Shown piece after piece: positions 9,645 through 18,836 of a DNA stretch of 64,000 nt. Numbering within the stretch: position 1 is the stretch's first letter; each line of letters starts with the position of its first letter. The notes beneath the pieces are model-generated. The model saw nothing but the letters and a program-made list of their open reading frames with translations, was not told where the DNA came from and did not search any database. Both the position numbers and the translations under genes were made by a program. The stretch is from Bacteroidales bacterium (GTDB lineage: Bacteria > Bacteroidota > Bacteroidia > Bacteroidales > Muribaculaceae): positions 11,680-75,679 of the forward strand of contig JAUNFY010000002.1 in assembly GCA_030524805.1 (NCBI GenBank), given 5' to 3'.

Positions 9645-10250
9645 ATGGCAAGATACACAGGCCCTAAAACAAAAATCGCCCGTAAGTTCGGCGAGGCCAT
9701 CTTCGGCGAAGATAAAGTGCTGACCAAAAAGAACTATCCCCCGGGCCAGCACGGCAACAACCGCCGTCGCAAAACTTCTGAATACGGCACTCAGCTCAAG
9801 GAAAAGCAGAAAGCCAAATACACTTATGGTGTGCTCGAACGCCAGTTCCGCAACCTCTTCGAACGTGCTGCCCGCACCAAAGGCATCACCGGTGAGGTTC
9901 TTCTGCAGCTTCTCGAGTCTCGTCTCGACAATGTAGTATATCGTCTCGGTATTGCTCCCACCCGTCCTGCAGCCCGCCAGATTGTGCTCCACAAGCACAT
10001 CACTGTCAACGGTGATGTTGTCAACATCCCCTCTTATCAGGTGAAACCCGGCGACGTAGTGGCAGTTCGCGAAAAAGCTAAATCTCTCGAGGTTATCGCC
10101 GACAATCTCGCCGGCTTCAACCACAGCAAATATCCCTGGATTGAATGGGACGAAGCCATCAAAGGCGGCAAGTTCCTTCACCTCCCCCAGCGTGAAGATA
10201 TCCCCGAGAACATCAAGGAGCAACTGATCGTCGAGCTCTATTCTAAATAA
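9645..10250 (+). CDS. rpsD: 30S ribosomal protein S4
   Basis: [21 protein letters not shown]...; S4 N-terminus plus S4 RNA-binding domain. Confidence 0.96.
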   Translation: MARYTGPKTKIARKFGEAIFGEDKVLTKKNYPPGQHGNNRRRKTSEYGTQLKEKQKAKYTYGVLERQFRNLFERAARTKGITGEVLLQLLESRLDNVVYRLGIAPTRPAARQIVLHKHITVNGDVVNIPSYQVKPGDVVAVREKAKSLEVIADNLAGFNHSKYPWIEWDEAIKGGKFLHLPQREDIPENIKEQLIVELYSK

Positions 10251-10266
10251 TAAACTATTGTAACCC

Positions 10267-11274
10267 ATGTCAATATTAGCATTTCAAAAACCCGACAAGG
10301 TCTTGATGCTCGAAGCTGACGCCAAATTCGGAAAATTCGAATTCCGTCCGCTCGAACCTGGCTACGGTCAGACAATCGGTAACGCACTCCGCAGAATCCT
10401 CCTCTCCAGCCTCGGCGGGTTCGCTATCTGTTCTATCCGTATCGATGGTGTGGCTCATGAACTTGACACTATCCCTGGCGTCAGGGAAGATGTCACAAAC
10501 ATTATCCTCAACCTCAAACAGGTAAGATTCAAGCAGACCACCGAAGACCACGACGAGGAAACAGCTACAGTAACTGTCAAAGATACTGATGTATTGAAAG
10601 CAGGAGACTTGGGTAAAGCTCTTTCGGGTTTTGAGGTACTCAACCCCGACCTGGTGATCTGCAACCTTGATCCCAACGCAGCTTCTTTCAACCTCGAATT
10701 CTCCATCAACAAGGGTAGAGGTTGGGTTCCCGCCGATGAAAATCGCGACATGCTGCGCGAGAAGGGTGCCGATCCCGCTGTCATAGCCGTCGACTCCATC
10801 TACACGCCTATCAAAAACGTGAAATATGCAGTCGAGAATTTCCGCGTAGAGCAGAAAACCGACTACGAGAAACTCATACTCGAAGTGACAACCGATGGCT
10901 CCATCCTTCCGAAAGATGCTCTAAAAGAGGCCGCTAAAATCCTTATCCACCATTTCATGCTCTTCTCCGACGAGAAAATCTCTCTCGAGGTGCCCGCCGA
11001 CGAAGCTCCTGAAGAATTCGATGAGGAAGTCCTCAAGATGCGCCAGCTCCTCAAGAGCAAGCTCATCGACATGGATCTTAGCGTCCGTGCTCTCAACTGC
11101 TTGAAGAGCGCTGAGGTTGAAACCCTCGGAGAACTCGTTCAGTTCCAGAAAAACGACCTGCTCAAATTCCGTAACTTCGGTCGCAAGTCGCTCACCGAAC
11201 TCGAAGAACTCCTTGTCAACAACAACCTCTCGTTCGGCATGGATATTTCAAAGTATAAATTAGATAAAGAATAA
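10267..11274 (+). CDS. rpoA: DNA-directed RNA polymerase subunit alpha
   Basis: [26 protein letters not shown]...; C-terminal [22 protein letters not shown] (alpha-CTD HhH). Confidence 0.96.
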   Translation: MSILAFQKPDKVLMLEADAKFGKFEFRPLEPGYGQTIGNALRRILLSSLGGFAICSIRIDGVAHELDTIPGVREDVTNIILNLKQVRFKQTTEDHDEETATVTVKDTDVLKAGDLGKALSGFEVLNPDLVICNLDPNAASFNLEFSINKGRGWVPADENRDMLREKGADPAVIAVDSIYTPIKNVKYAVENFRVEQKTDYEKLILEVTTDGSILPKDALKEAAKILIHHFMLFSDEKISLEVPADEAPEEFDEEVLKMRQLLKSKLIDMDLSVRALNCLKSAEVETLGELVQFQKNDLLKFRNFGRKSLTELEELLVNNNLSFGMDISKYKLDKE

Positions 11275-11282
11275 ACACTACG

Positions 11283-11786
11283 ATGAGACATAATAAGAAA
11301 TTCAACCACCTGAGCCGTAAGAAAGGCCATCGCGAGGCGATGCTCGCCAACCTTACTATCTCTCTCATCACCCACAAGAGAATCTTCACGACTCTGGCTA
11401 AGGCTAAAGCGCTCCGCGTCTATGCCGAACCTCTTATCACTCGCTGCAAAAAAGACGACATGGCCAACCGCCGTCTCGTTTTCAGCTACCTCCAGAACAA
11501 AGAGGCTATCAAAGAACTTTTCGGCGTAGTTGCTGAAAAAGTTGCTGATCGTCCCGGTGGTTACACACGTATCCTCAAGACCGGTCATCGTCTTGGCGAC
11601 AACGCCGAGATGGCCATGATCGAACTGGTAGACTTCAACGACAACATGCTCGCTGAAAAAGAAGCCAAAGCCAAGACCCGCAGAAGCCGCCGCGGTGGCA
11701 AGAAAACAGCTGCCGCTGCTGAAGCACCCGCTGCTCAGGAAGCTCCTGCAGCCGAAGCTTCCGCTGAAGAACCCAAAGCTGAATAA
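11283..11786 (+). CDS. rplQ: 50S ribosomal protein L17 with Ala/Glu/Lys-rich C-terminal tail
   Basis: [24 protein letters not shown]...GGYTRILK; tail ...[27 protein letters not shown]. Confidence 0.95.
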   Translation: MRHNKKFNHLSRKKGHREAMLANLTISLITHKRIFTTLAKAKALRVYAEPLITRCKKDDMANRRLVFSYLQNKEAIKELFGVVAEKVADRPGGYTRILKTGHRLGDNAEMAMIELVDFNDNMLAEKEAKAKTRRSRRGGKKTAAAAEAPAAQEAPAAEASAEEPKAE

Positions 11787-11834
11787 TGTTCTGAACTTAT
11801 GCAACCTCATGGGTGTTGCATGATACTTTTACAA

Positions 11835-11886
11835 CCTGCTGAGGTCTCATCCTTCCGGATGCCACCTCCGCAGGCTGTTTGCTTTT
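11835..11886 (+). terminator. Terminator-like hairpin after rplQ
   Basis: cctgctgaggt (11835-11845) pairs with acctccgcagg (11864-11874), one mismatch, followed by ctgtttgctttt. Confidence 0.5.
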
Positions 11887-11965
11887 AGACAACGCTCATC
11901 ACTCCTCGAAGCTCATACATATTTCATATCCCGTTTAACCTCCTCTGTTTCTCCTCCCGTCTGCT

Positions 11966-13387
11966 GTGCATAATTGGATATCCTTCGCTTTCTTCGCTAT
12001 CTACGCAATCGTGATTCTCTTTTGCGTCGTAGTAGTCGTGACTGAAAATAAAAACCCCATACGCGCCGTATCCTGGACCCTCGCTCTCATTTTTCTTCCG
12101 GTGGCAGGCATCGTTTTCTATCTATTTTTCGGTCGTGGACTCAAGGGTCAATCGCTCATCAGCAATCGAGTCCGACGCCGCATGCTCAGCAGGTCGCGCT
12201 CATCTCAGAAAAATTTCGCATACACAGAAGTAGATCCATCGCAGGTGCAGAAAATAAAACTTGCACATTCTCTTTGCCATGCGCATCTCGACCTCGGAAA
12301 CTCAGTGGAAATATTCACCGACGGCCCCGAAAAATTCCGTCAGCTCAAAAAAGACATCGAAGAAGCCTCGCAATTCATATACATCCAATACTATATCTAC
12401 AGCGACGACCGTCTTGGAAATGAAATACTCGAACTTCTGGCCCGCAAGGCAAAGGAAGGAGTCGAAGTAAAAGTGCTCTACGATCATGTAGGGTCTTTCT
12501 CCACCCCCAACAGTTTTTTTCGGCGCATGCGCTCGCTCGGCATCGATGCCCATCCCTTCTTCCGGGTTACTTTTAGAAAACTTGCCAACCGCATCAACTG
12601 GCGCAACCACCGTAAAATTACGGTGATTGACGGGAAGATAGGCTATATAGGCGGCATGAACATAGCCGACCGATATGTAGAAGTGTCACCTACCGGACGA
12701 ATATGGCGCGACACCCATCTCCGGGTCCGCGGCCCTATCATAGAGTCGATGCTCTACAGTTTCTACATGGACTGGAACTTCCTGCGTCCTGCCGACGAAG
12801 TTCAGACGATAATACCGACCCATTACGAGATATGCGGCGATGTCCCTCTCCAACTCGTAACATCAGGGCCCATCGACAAGTGGAGTAACCTCGTACTTTG
12901 TTTCCAGAATGCCATTGCGTCCGCCTCAAAACGAATCTACATCCAGACACCATACTTTCTTCCCACCGATGCGCTGCTCAAAGCGCTTCAGGGTGCAGCC
13001 CTTTCAGGAGTAGACGTCAGAATCATGATACCGGAGCACACCGACTCACGGATGCTCGGCTACGGCAGCAGCTCATATATCGACGACTGTCTCAAAGCAG
13101 GAATCAAGATATATTTCTATCTCCCGGGCATGCTCCATGCAAAGACCATGGTGGTCGACGACAACTTCGCGTCGGCCGGATCTGTCAACTTCGACTTCCG
13201 TAGTTTCGAAAACAATTTCGAAGGCAATCTCATGATTTATTCAGAAGCCGTCAACCGGCAGATGCGCGACATATTCTTTGCCGATCTCCGGCAAAGCCGT
13301 AAAATCACGAAAACTGACTGGAAACGTCGGCCGCTCCATACCAAACTCCTCGAATCCCTTGTCCGCCTGTTCGCTCCTATCCTCTGA
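11966..13387 (+). CDS. cls: Cardiolipin synthase (PLD superfamily); GTG start inferred
   Basis: N-terminal TM helices. Two HKD motifs (HRKITVIDG... and HAKTMVVDD...). There is no in-frame ATG near the N-terminus, so GTG at 11966 is used. Confidence 0.85.
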   Translation: MHNWISFAFFAIYAIVILFCVVVVVTENKNPIRAVSWTLALIFLPVAGIVFYLFFGRGLKGQSLISNRVRRRMLSRSRSSQKNFAYTEVDPSQVQKIKLAHSLCHAHLDLGNSVEIFTDGPEKFRQLKKDIEEASQFIYIQYYIYSDDRLGNEILELLARKAKEGVEVKVLYDHVGSFSTPNSFFRRMRSLGIDAHPFFRVTFRKLANRINWRNHRKITVIDGKIGYIGGMNIADRYVEVSPTGRIWRDTHLRVRGPIIESMLYSFYMDWNFLRPADEVQTIIPTHYEICGDVPLQLVTSGPIDKWSNLVLCFQNAIASASKRIYIQTPYFLPTDALLKALQGAALSGVDVRIMIPEHTDSRMLGYGSSSYIDDCLKAGIKIYFYLPGMLHAKTMVVDDNFASAGSVNFDFRSFENNFEGNLMIYSEAVNRQMRDIFFADLRQSRKITKTDWKRRPLHTKLLESLVRLFAPIL

Positions 13388-13433
13388 CACCCTGTGAGAA
13401 AGATGTGCAAATTGATAAAAACAAGTTATATTC

Positions 13434-13799
13434 ATGAAATATAAAAAAGCATTCTCTCTAATCGTTGCATCGATTTTCTCGGTGGCCACAGCATACGCCG
13501 AGAGCAGTTATGGCATATCCGGTTTCTACGAAGTCGTTAAAGCGGCATCCGGTACCAAAGCTGTCGGTCAGTATGATCAATCGGTAGAGATCAAATATAT
13601 TCTTACGCCGACAAAGGTCGACAAAGGAAAATATATAGTCGAAGTCAAGAAGATAGGCGACAACCTTTATCAGATAAAAGATACGGATATTTGTGTGGAA
13701 ACGCGATATTGCCACGAATGGGCATCATTCTCAGAAAAAGTAGTGTTGATAGTCGAATCCAACTACGGCTACAATAAAGGTAAGATAATCTTTGATTGA
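13434..13799 (+). CDS. Hypothetical small secreted protein
   Basis: Signal-peptide-like N-terminus MKYKKAFSLIVASIFSVATAYA/ES. No recognisable family. Confidence 0.5.
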   Translation: MKYKKAFSLIVASIFSVATAYAESSYGISGFYEVVKAASGTKAVGQYDQSVEIKYILTPTKVDKGKYIVEVKKIGDNLYQIKDTDICVETRYCHEWASFSEKVVLIVESNYGYNKGKIIFD

Positions 13800-13809
13800 A
13801 ACATACCTT

Positions 13810-13848
13810 GGCAGCAAGACTCTTTGAATGGCAGCAAGACTTATTGAT
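13810..13848 (+). repeat. Two ~19-nt direct repeats, 20-nt period
   Basis: tggcagcaagactctttga (13810-13828) and tggcagcaagacttattga (13830-13848), 17/19 identical. They lie upstream of the Nudix gene promoter. Confidence 0.85.
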
Positions 13849-13877
13849 TATTCTTGTGTAAATTTCACTTTAAATAT

Positions 13878-13908
13878 TTTGTGGTTATAAATATAAACGC
13901 TAATTTTG
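13878..13908 (+). promoter_or_regulatory. Bacteroidetes-type promoter for the Nudix gene
   Basis: TTTG at 13878-13881, 19-nt spacer, TAATTTTG at 13901-13908. Confidence 0.6.
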
Positions 13909-13932
13909 CGGCATGCGCATGACGCAAGAATA

Positions 13933-14670
13933 ATGACGCAGGAAAACAACTTCATTGATAAAGCAATCAAGCAAAATATGGACGATAAGAAGTATTGCTA
14001 CAAGTACCCACACCCGGCTGTGACTACCGACTGTGTGATTTTCGGTTTCGATGGCGAGAAATTGAAAATACTTCTGATACAGCGTGGTATTGAACCCTAC
14101 AAAGGGAAATGGGCTTTCCCAGGCGGTTTCCTTAAGCCTGAGGAATCCGCCGAGCATGGTGCGTTAAGGGAGCTTAAGGAGGAGACAGGACTCGACAACG
14201 CATATATCGAGCAGTTTCATTCCTACTCCGAGCCCGACCGAGACCCACGCGAGCGAGTGATAACCATAGCATATCTGGCATTGGTGAAACTGCAGGAGGT
14301 GAAAGGAGGTGACGACGCAGCCGATGCGCGATGGTTTGCAATCGACAATGTGCCTCAACTGGCTTTCGACCATGATCTTATTCTGCGCGATGCGCTGGCC
14401 CGGCTCCGCGAGAGGATACATTTCCATCCCATAGGATATGATCTGCTGCCCGAGAAATTTACAATGAAAGCATTGCAGACATTATATGAGTCGGTTTTGG
14501 ACGTGCGCTTCGACCGTCGCAACTTTGCCAAGAAAATGCTTCATCTCGACATTCTCACGCAGTTGGACGAAACCATCTGGCCTACCCCGAAGCGGGAGGC
14601 CAACCTCTTCAAGTTCAATCTCGACAAATACCGAGAACTTAAGCAACGCGGCTTCCGCCTCGAATTCTGA
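13933..14670 (+). CDS. Nudix hydrolase with C-terminal winged-helix-like domain (NrtR/ADP-ribose pyrophosphatase type)
   Basis: Nudix box GGFLKPEESAEHGALRELKEETGL. About 100 aa of C-terminal extension. The ATG at 13933 is preferred because the TTG at 13906 falls inside the -7 promoter element. Confidence 0.75.
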   Translation: MTQENNFIDKAIKQNMDDKKYCYKYPHPAVTTDCVIFGFDGEKLKILLIQRGIEPYKGKWAFPGGFLKPEESAEHGALRELKEETGLDNAYIEQFHSYSEPDRDPRERVITIAYLALVKLQEVKGGDDAADARWFAIDNVPQLAFDHDLILRDALARLRERIHFHPIGYDLLPEKFTMKALQTLYESVLDVRFDRRNFAKKMLHLDILTQLDETIWPTPKREANLFKFNLDKYRELKQRGFRLEF

Positions 14671-14797
14671 ATTGCATTTCCGGAAGACTATATAGCCGGC
14701 ATTATCCGTCGCGACATGGGCGCCTTAGCTCAGGCGGGGGGGCACTTGATTCCCGATGCTGATCCTGTCTGAAACTCGAACAAAACTTGAACGATAA

Positions 14798-14829
14798 TTT
14801 GCATCGCCGGGAAATTTTTCGTAACTTTG
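14798..14829 (+). promoter_or_regulatory. Upstream (orphan or P1) promoter-like element ahead of rpsU
   Basis: TTTG at 14798-14801, 20-nt spacer, TAACTTTG at 14822-14829. Confidence 0.45.
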
Positions 14830-14936
14830 CATTCCATTTGAGAGTATAAACATTATTCACCAGCAGATTTTCATGCGAAAGGAGGTTGTAATTTACTGAA
14901 AAAACGATCCTGTCATCAATTTTTTAGTCTAAATAT

Positions 14937-14967
14937 TTTGTCAAGTTGCAATTTATGAGTAATTTTG
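14937..14967 (+). promoter_or_regulatory. Promoter for rpsU
   Basis: TTTG at 14937-14940, 19-nt spacer, TAATTTTG at 14960-14967. Confidence 0.6.
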
Positions 14968-15053
14968 CAACCGCATTTCGAGTGTGACGCTACGTTTCAT
15001 CTCGACTACAACCGAATCATAATACTAAATCAAATAAAAATCAAAACTAAAGC

Positions 15054-15245
15054 ATGATTATCGTACCCGTAAAAGAAGGCGAGAACATCGAAAAAGCCCT
15101 CAAGAAATTCAAGCGCAAATTCGAGCGCACCGGAATCGTTAAGGAACTCCGCAGCCGCCAGGCTTTCGAAAAACCTTCGGTCACTAACCGCAAGAAAATG
15201 ATCAAGGCAATCTACGTACAGCAGTTGCGTCAGAACGAAGAATAA
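15054..15245 (+). CDS. rpsU: 30S ribosomal protein S21
   Basis: MIIVPVKEGENIEKALKKFKRKFERTGIVKELRSRQAFEKPS... Confidence 0.93.
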   Translation: MIIVPVKEGENIEKALKKFKRKFERTGIVKELRSRQAFEKPSVTNRKKMIKAIYVQQLRQNEE

Positions 15246-15249
15246 TTCC

Positions 15250-15290
15250 AGAAGGCTGTCTTTTGAAAAGACAGCCTTCTTCCTTTTTTT
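15250..15290 (+). terminator. Intrinsic terminator after rpsU
   Basis: Perfect inverted repeat agaaggctgtctttt/aaaagacagccttct followed by tccttttttt. Confidence 0.8.
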
Positions 15291-15359
15291 ATCGAAGTTG
15301 TTTTATTTCGTAAAGAACTTTAAACAACTTCGTAGCCTCAATCATTCCCTGCCACGAAG

Positions 15360-16256
15360 ATGCTGCAAGATTTCTTACGATACCTCGAGCTTGAGCTGAA
15401 CAGGAGCCGGCTCACTGTGAAAGCCTACGGCGACGACCTACGCGAATTGGCAGCCTACCTCGATCTCGACGCCGACTTCACGGCCGCCCCCGGGGTCTCT
15501 ACGGCTCAGATCAGGGCGTGGCTCGCCGATATGTCGCGTAAAGGGCTATCGCCTCGATCGCTGAGGTGTAAAACTCAGGCTGCGCGTGCTTTCTTCCGTT
15601 GGCTCCAGAAGCGGCAACTTATCGCTGTCAATCCGGCAGCTGAGATCCAGCTGGCCAAAATTGGCAAGAAACTCCCGGAATTTGTCAGGGAGCAGGAGAT
15701 GGAAACAATGCTCGATGCGCCTGCCTACGGCGACGACCCCGTCATCGCCATGCGCAATCATCTGATCTTGAATTTGCTTTATTCTTGCGGTATCCGGCGC
15801 GATGAACTTATCCGCATCACCGATGCCGACATCAATCTATATTCCGCCGAGCTGCGGATTCATGGCAAACGCGACAAAATAAGAATCCTGCCACTGCCTC
15901 CGGCTCTTGTCGATGAAATCCGGAACTGGCAGACGCTGCGCGATGCTCAGTATTCCCTTCCCAAGCCCGCTCCGCTCATCTGTTCGAGACGCGGCGCTAT
16001 GTCGGGAAGTGCCATCTACAGGATAGTGCACGACTTGCTGCTCTCAACAGGAGCCACCCATAAAAGCCCGCACACCCTGCGGCACACATTTGCCACTTCT
16101 CTTCTCAACGACGGGGCCGAGATCAACTCCGTCAAGGAACTGCTCGGCCATTCCTCCCTGCAGTCGACCCAGATATATACGCACTTGTCGTTCAATGAAA
16201 TCCGCGCTGCCTACCGTGCCGCCCATCCGCGCGGTGGAGATGCCGATTCCGGTTGA
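15360..16256 (+). CDS. Tyrosine site-specific recombinase, XerC/XerD-like
   Basis: N-terminal SAM-like core-binding domain. C-terminal [12 protein letters not shown]...[15 protein letters not shown] (R..HxxR..Y catalytic pattern). Confidence 0.85.
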   Translation: MLQDFLRYLELELNRSRLTVKAYGDDLRELAAYLDLDADFTAAPGVSTAQIRAWLADMSRKGLSPRSLRCKTQAARAFFRWLQKRQLIAVNPAAEIQLAKIGKKLPEFVREQEMETMLDAPAYGDDPVIAMRNHLILNLLYSCGIRRDELIRITDADINLYSAELRIHGKRDKIRILPLPPALVDEIRNWQTLRDAQYSLPKPAPLICSRRGAMSGSAIYRIVHDLLLSTGATHKSPHTLRHTFATSLLNDGAEINSVKELLGHSSLQSTQIYTHLSFNEIRAAYRAAHPRGGDADSG

Positions 16257-16348
16257 TGCCTCAGGCATCAACCGCCGGCTCAACTGGCGGCTACGGTCCT
16301 TTTGTAGTTTTAATTGCTGCTTGATTAGGAATAATCAAGTTTTTTTAT

Positions 16349-16356
16349 TATCTTTG
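16349..16356 (+). promoter_or_regulatory. -7 promoter element upstream of pnp
   Basis: TATCTTTG matches TAnnTTTG and lies about 100 nt before the pnp ATG. The -33 element is not clear. Confidence 0.35.
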
Positions 16357-16458
16357 CAGTCGCAAATCCTGCCAGGCTGTTCCGCAAGTTTTTTCTTGTC
16401 GGTGAGCCTGCATTTTTATAGCGACAAGCAATCGAAACACAAGAAAGAAAAAATTAGA

Positions 16459-18711
16459 ATGAAACCACAGCCAATTAAGAAAACCATTGAGCTGGGCGAC
16501 GGCCGCACTATCACTATTGAGACCGGCAAACTCGCCAAACAGGCAGATGGTGCGGTTGAAGTGCGCATGGGCAACACCATGCTCTTGGCTACCGTCTGCT
16601 CCGCCAAGGAGGCAGGTGAGGGTGTAGACTTTATGCCCCTCACAGTAGAGTATAAGGAAAAGTACGCCTCTATCGGTCGATACCCCGGCGGTTTTCAGAA
16701 ACGTGAAGGACGCTCCAGCGACTATGAGATTCTTACTTCACGTCTCGTCGACAGGGTGCTCCGTCCTCTGTTTCCCGACAACTACCATGCCGAGACTTTC
16801 GTAAACGTCACCCTTTTCTCAGCCGACGAAAATGATGCTCCCGACGCTCTCGCCGGCATCGCTGCATCCGCAGCACTCGCCTGCAGCGACATCCCCTTCA
16901 ACGGCCCGATCTCCGAAGTGCGCGTAGCCCGCGTCGACGGCCAGTGGGTAATCAATCCCACATTCGCCCAGATAGATAAAGCCGACATCGAACTTATGGT
17001 CGGCGCCACCTATGATAATATCATGATGGTGGAAGGCGAAATGGATGAGGTCAGTGAAGCCGACCTTCTCGAAGCCCTCAAAGTAGCACACGAGGAAATC
17101 AAGAAGCACTGCCAGGCTCAGATCGAACTCATGAAAGAGGCAGGCAAGGAAACAAAACGTGAATATTGCCACGAAGTCAACGACGAAGCTCTCCGTCAGG
17201 ATGTGCACGACAAATGCTACGACAAGGCATACGCAATCGCAAAGACCGGTAGCGCCGACAAGCAGTGGCGCAACGAATCGTTCAGCGCCATCCGCGACGA
17301 ATATATCGACTCCCTCCCCGAGATGACCGAGCAGCAGCTTGAAAACTATTCCGAAGCGCAGCGCATCGAAATGGTGAAGCGCTACTACCATGACGTTGAG
17401 AAAGAAGCGATGCGTCGTTGTGTTCTCGATGAAGGAATCCGTCTCGACGGTCGCCAGACCACTGAGATCCGTCCGATCTGGATTGAGACCGACTATGTGC
17501 CCGGACCTCACGGATCGGCTGTCTTCACCCGCGGTGAGACCCAGGCTCTCGTGACTTGCACCCTCGGCACAACTCTCGACGAGAAAATCATCGACGACGT
17601 GCTCAACCAGAGCAAGGAACGTTTCCTTCTCCACTATAACTTCCCTCCCTTCTCCACCGGCGAGGCACGCCCGCAGCGCGGTGTAGGACGTCGTGAGATC
17701 GGTCACGGCAACCTTGCCCACCGTGCTCTCAAGCGCATGTTCCCGGAAGGATTCCCCTACACTTGCCGCATCGTCAGCGACATCCTTGAATCGAACGGCA
17801 GCTCCTCCATGGCCACTGTCTGCGGCGGCACTCTCGCCCTGCTCGACGCCGGCGTGAAGATGAAGCGTCCCGTAGCCGGTGTGGCAATGGGTCTTATCTC
17901 CGATCCGGGTGCCACAAAATATGCTGTCCTCTCCGACATCCTCGGTGATGAAGACCACCTCGGAGACATGGACTTCAAGGTGACCGGTACAGAGAAAGGT
18001 ATCACCGCCACCCAGATGGACATCAAGTGCGACGGCCTCAGCTATGAGATTCTTGCAAAGGCACTCGAACAGGCTCGTCAGGGTCGTATCCACATCCTCG
18101 GCAAAATCGCAGAGGCTATCCCCGAACCCCGCGAAGACTACAAGGCTCACGTGCCCCGTCTTGTCACTATAGAGATTCCCAAGGAAATGATCGGTGCTGT
18201 CATCGGCCCGCAGGGTAAGGTGATCCAGGGCATCCAGGAAGAGACCGGCGCCACTATCTCTATCGATGAAGATGAAGAAAAGGGTATCGGCAAAGTCGAG
18301 ATCGCATCCAAAGACAAGGCAAGCATCGACGCGGCCCTCGCCAAGATCCGCGCCATCGTAGCAATGCCTGAGGAAGGTGAGGTATACGAAGGCAAGGTTC
18401 GTTCCATTCTCGACTTCGGCGCATTTGTAGAGTTCATGCCCGGCCGCGACGGCCTTCTCCACATCAGCGAGATCGCATGGGAACGTCTTGACGACATGGC
18501 TGCATCCGGCCTGAAGGAAGGCGATATCGTTAAGGTGAAACTGATTGAGATCGACAAGAAGACCGGCAAATACCGTCTGTCGATGCGTGCGCTCACCGAA
18601 AAGCCGGAAGGCTACGTAGAGCGTGAGGCCCGTCCGCGTGGCGAACGTCCCCGTCGTGACGGCGATCGCGGACCCCGCCGCGATGGCAACGACCGCGGAC
18701 CCCGTCGTTGA
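16459..18711 (+). CDS. pnp: Polyribonucleotide nucleotidyltransferase (PNPase)
   Basis: The true start is the internal ATG at 16459 ([33 protein letters not shown]...). Two RNase PH domains, a KH domain and an S1 domain. Arg/Gly/Asp-rich C-terminal tail. Confidence 0.95.
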   Translation: MKPQPIKKTIELGDGRTITIETGKLAKQADGAVEVRMGNTMLLATVCSAKEAGEGVDFMPLTVEYKEKYASIGRYPGGFQKREGRSSDYEILTSRLVDRVLRPLFPDNYHAETFVNVTLFSADENDAPDALAGIAASAALACSDIPFNGPISEVRVARVDGQWVINPTFAQIDKADIELMVGATYDNIMMVEGEMDEVSEADLLEALKVAHEEIKKHCQAQIELMKEAGKETKREYCHEVNDEALRQDVHDKCYDKAYAIAKTGSADKQWRNESFSAIRDEYIDSLPEMTEQQLENYSEAQRIEMVKRYYHDVEKEAMRRCVLDEGIRLDGRQTTEIRPIWIETDYVPGPHGSAVFTRGETQALVTCTLGTTLDEKIIDDVLNQSKERFLLHYNFPPFSTGEARPQRGVGRREIGHGNLAHRALKRMFPEGFPYTCRIVSDILESNGSSSMATVCGGTLALLDAGVKMKRPVAGVAMGLISDPGATKYAVLSDILGDEDHLGDMDFKVTGTEKGITATQMDIKCDGLSYEILAKALEQARQGRIHILGKIAEAIPEPREDYKAHVPRLVTIEIPKEMIGAVIGPQGKVIQGIQEETGATISIDEDEEKGIGKVEIASKDKASIDAALAKIRAIVAMPEEGEVYEGKVRSILDFGAFVEFMPGRDGLLHISEIAWERLDDMAASGLKEGDIVKVKLIEIDKKTGKYRLSMRALTEKPEGYVEREARPRGERPRRDGDRGPRRDGNDRGPRR

Positions 18712-18736
18712 TAACGTATACAACACCAATAACATA

Positions 18737-18773
18737 AAAATCCCTGCAGCGCCATCGTTGCAGGGATTTTTTT
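18737..18773 (+). terminator. Intrinsic terminator after pnp
   Basis: aaaatccctgca ... tgcagggatttt stem followed by a T-run. Confidence 0.8.
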
Positions 18774-18797
18774 GATATCTCAGAATCAGAAAGAAGG

Positions 18798-18824
18798 GCT
18801 GATTGAGAGAATTCTCTCAATCAG
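18798..18824 (-). terminator. Terminator-like palindrome after the pullulanase gene
   Basis: gctgattgagaga-a-tctctcaatcagc, a perfect 13-bp inverted repeat. A T-rich stretch follows on the minus strand. Confidence 0.6.
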
Positions 18825-18836
18825 CTATTCTTATCT

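Noticed and set aside
14718-14765. tRNA-like stretch gggcgccttagctcaggcgggggggcac...
   Set aside because: It resembles only the acceptor 5' arm plus the D-arm (TAGCTCAG) of a tRNA. There is no anticodon stem, no T-arm (GGTTCGA-type) and no 3' acceptor complement. At best it is a decayed fragment, not a gene.
15360-16256. Tyrosine recombinase as a possible mobile-element integrase
   Set aside because: The size and sequence are Xer-like. It sits between rpsU and pnp with no flanking repeats, tRNA target, excisionase or cargo genes, so it is treated as a housekeeping recombinase.
16090-16458. Long N-terminal extension of the pnp ORF that overlaps the recombinase gene
   Set aside because: The extension is out of frame with the recombinase gene, Pro/Ser/Arg/Cys-rich, and spans a terminator-like hairpin and a -7 element. 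The conserved PNPase N-terminus begins at the ATG at 16459.
16819-18735. 638-aa ORF on the minus strand
   Set aside because: It is entirely antisense to pnp, which has unmistakable PNPase domains. Its translation is low-complexity and rich in Ala, Gly, Val, Asp, Leu, Phe and His, with no motifs, which is typical of a shadow ORF.
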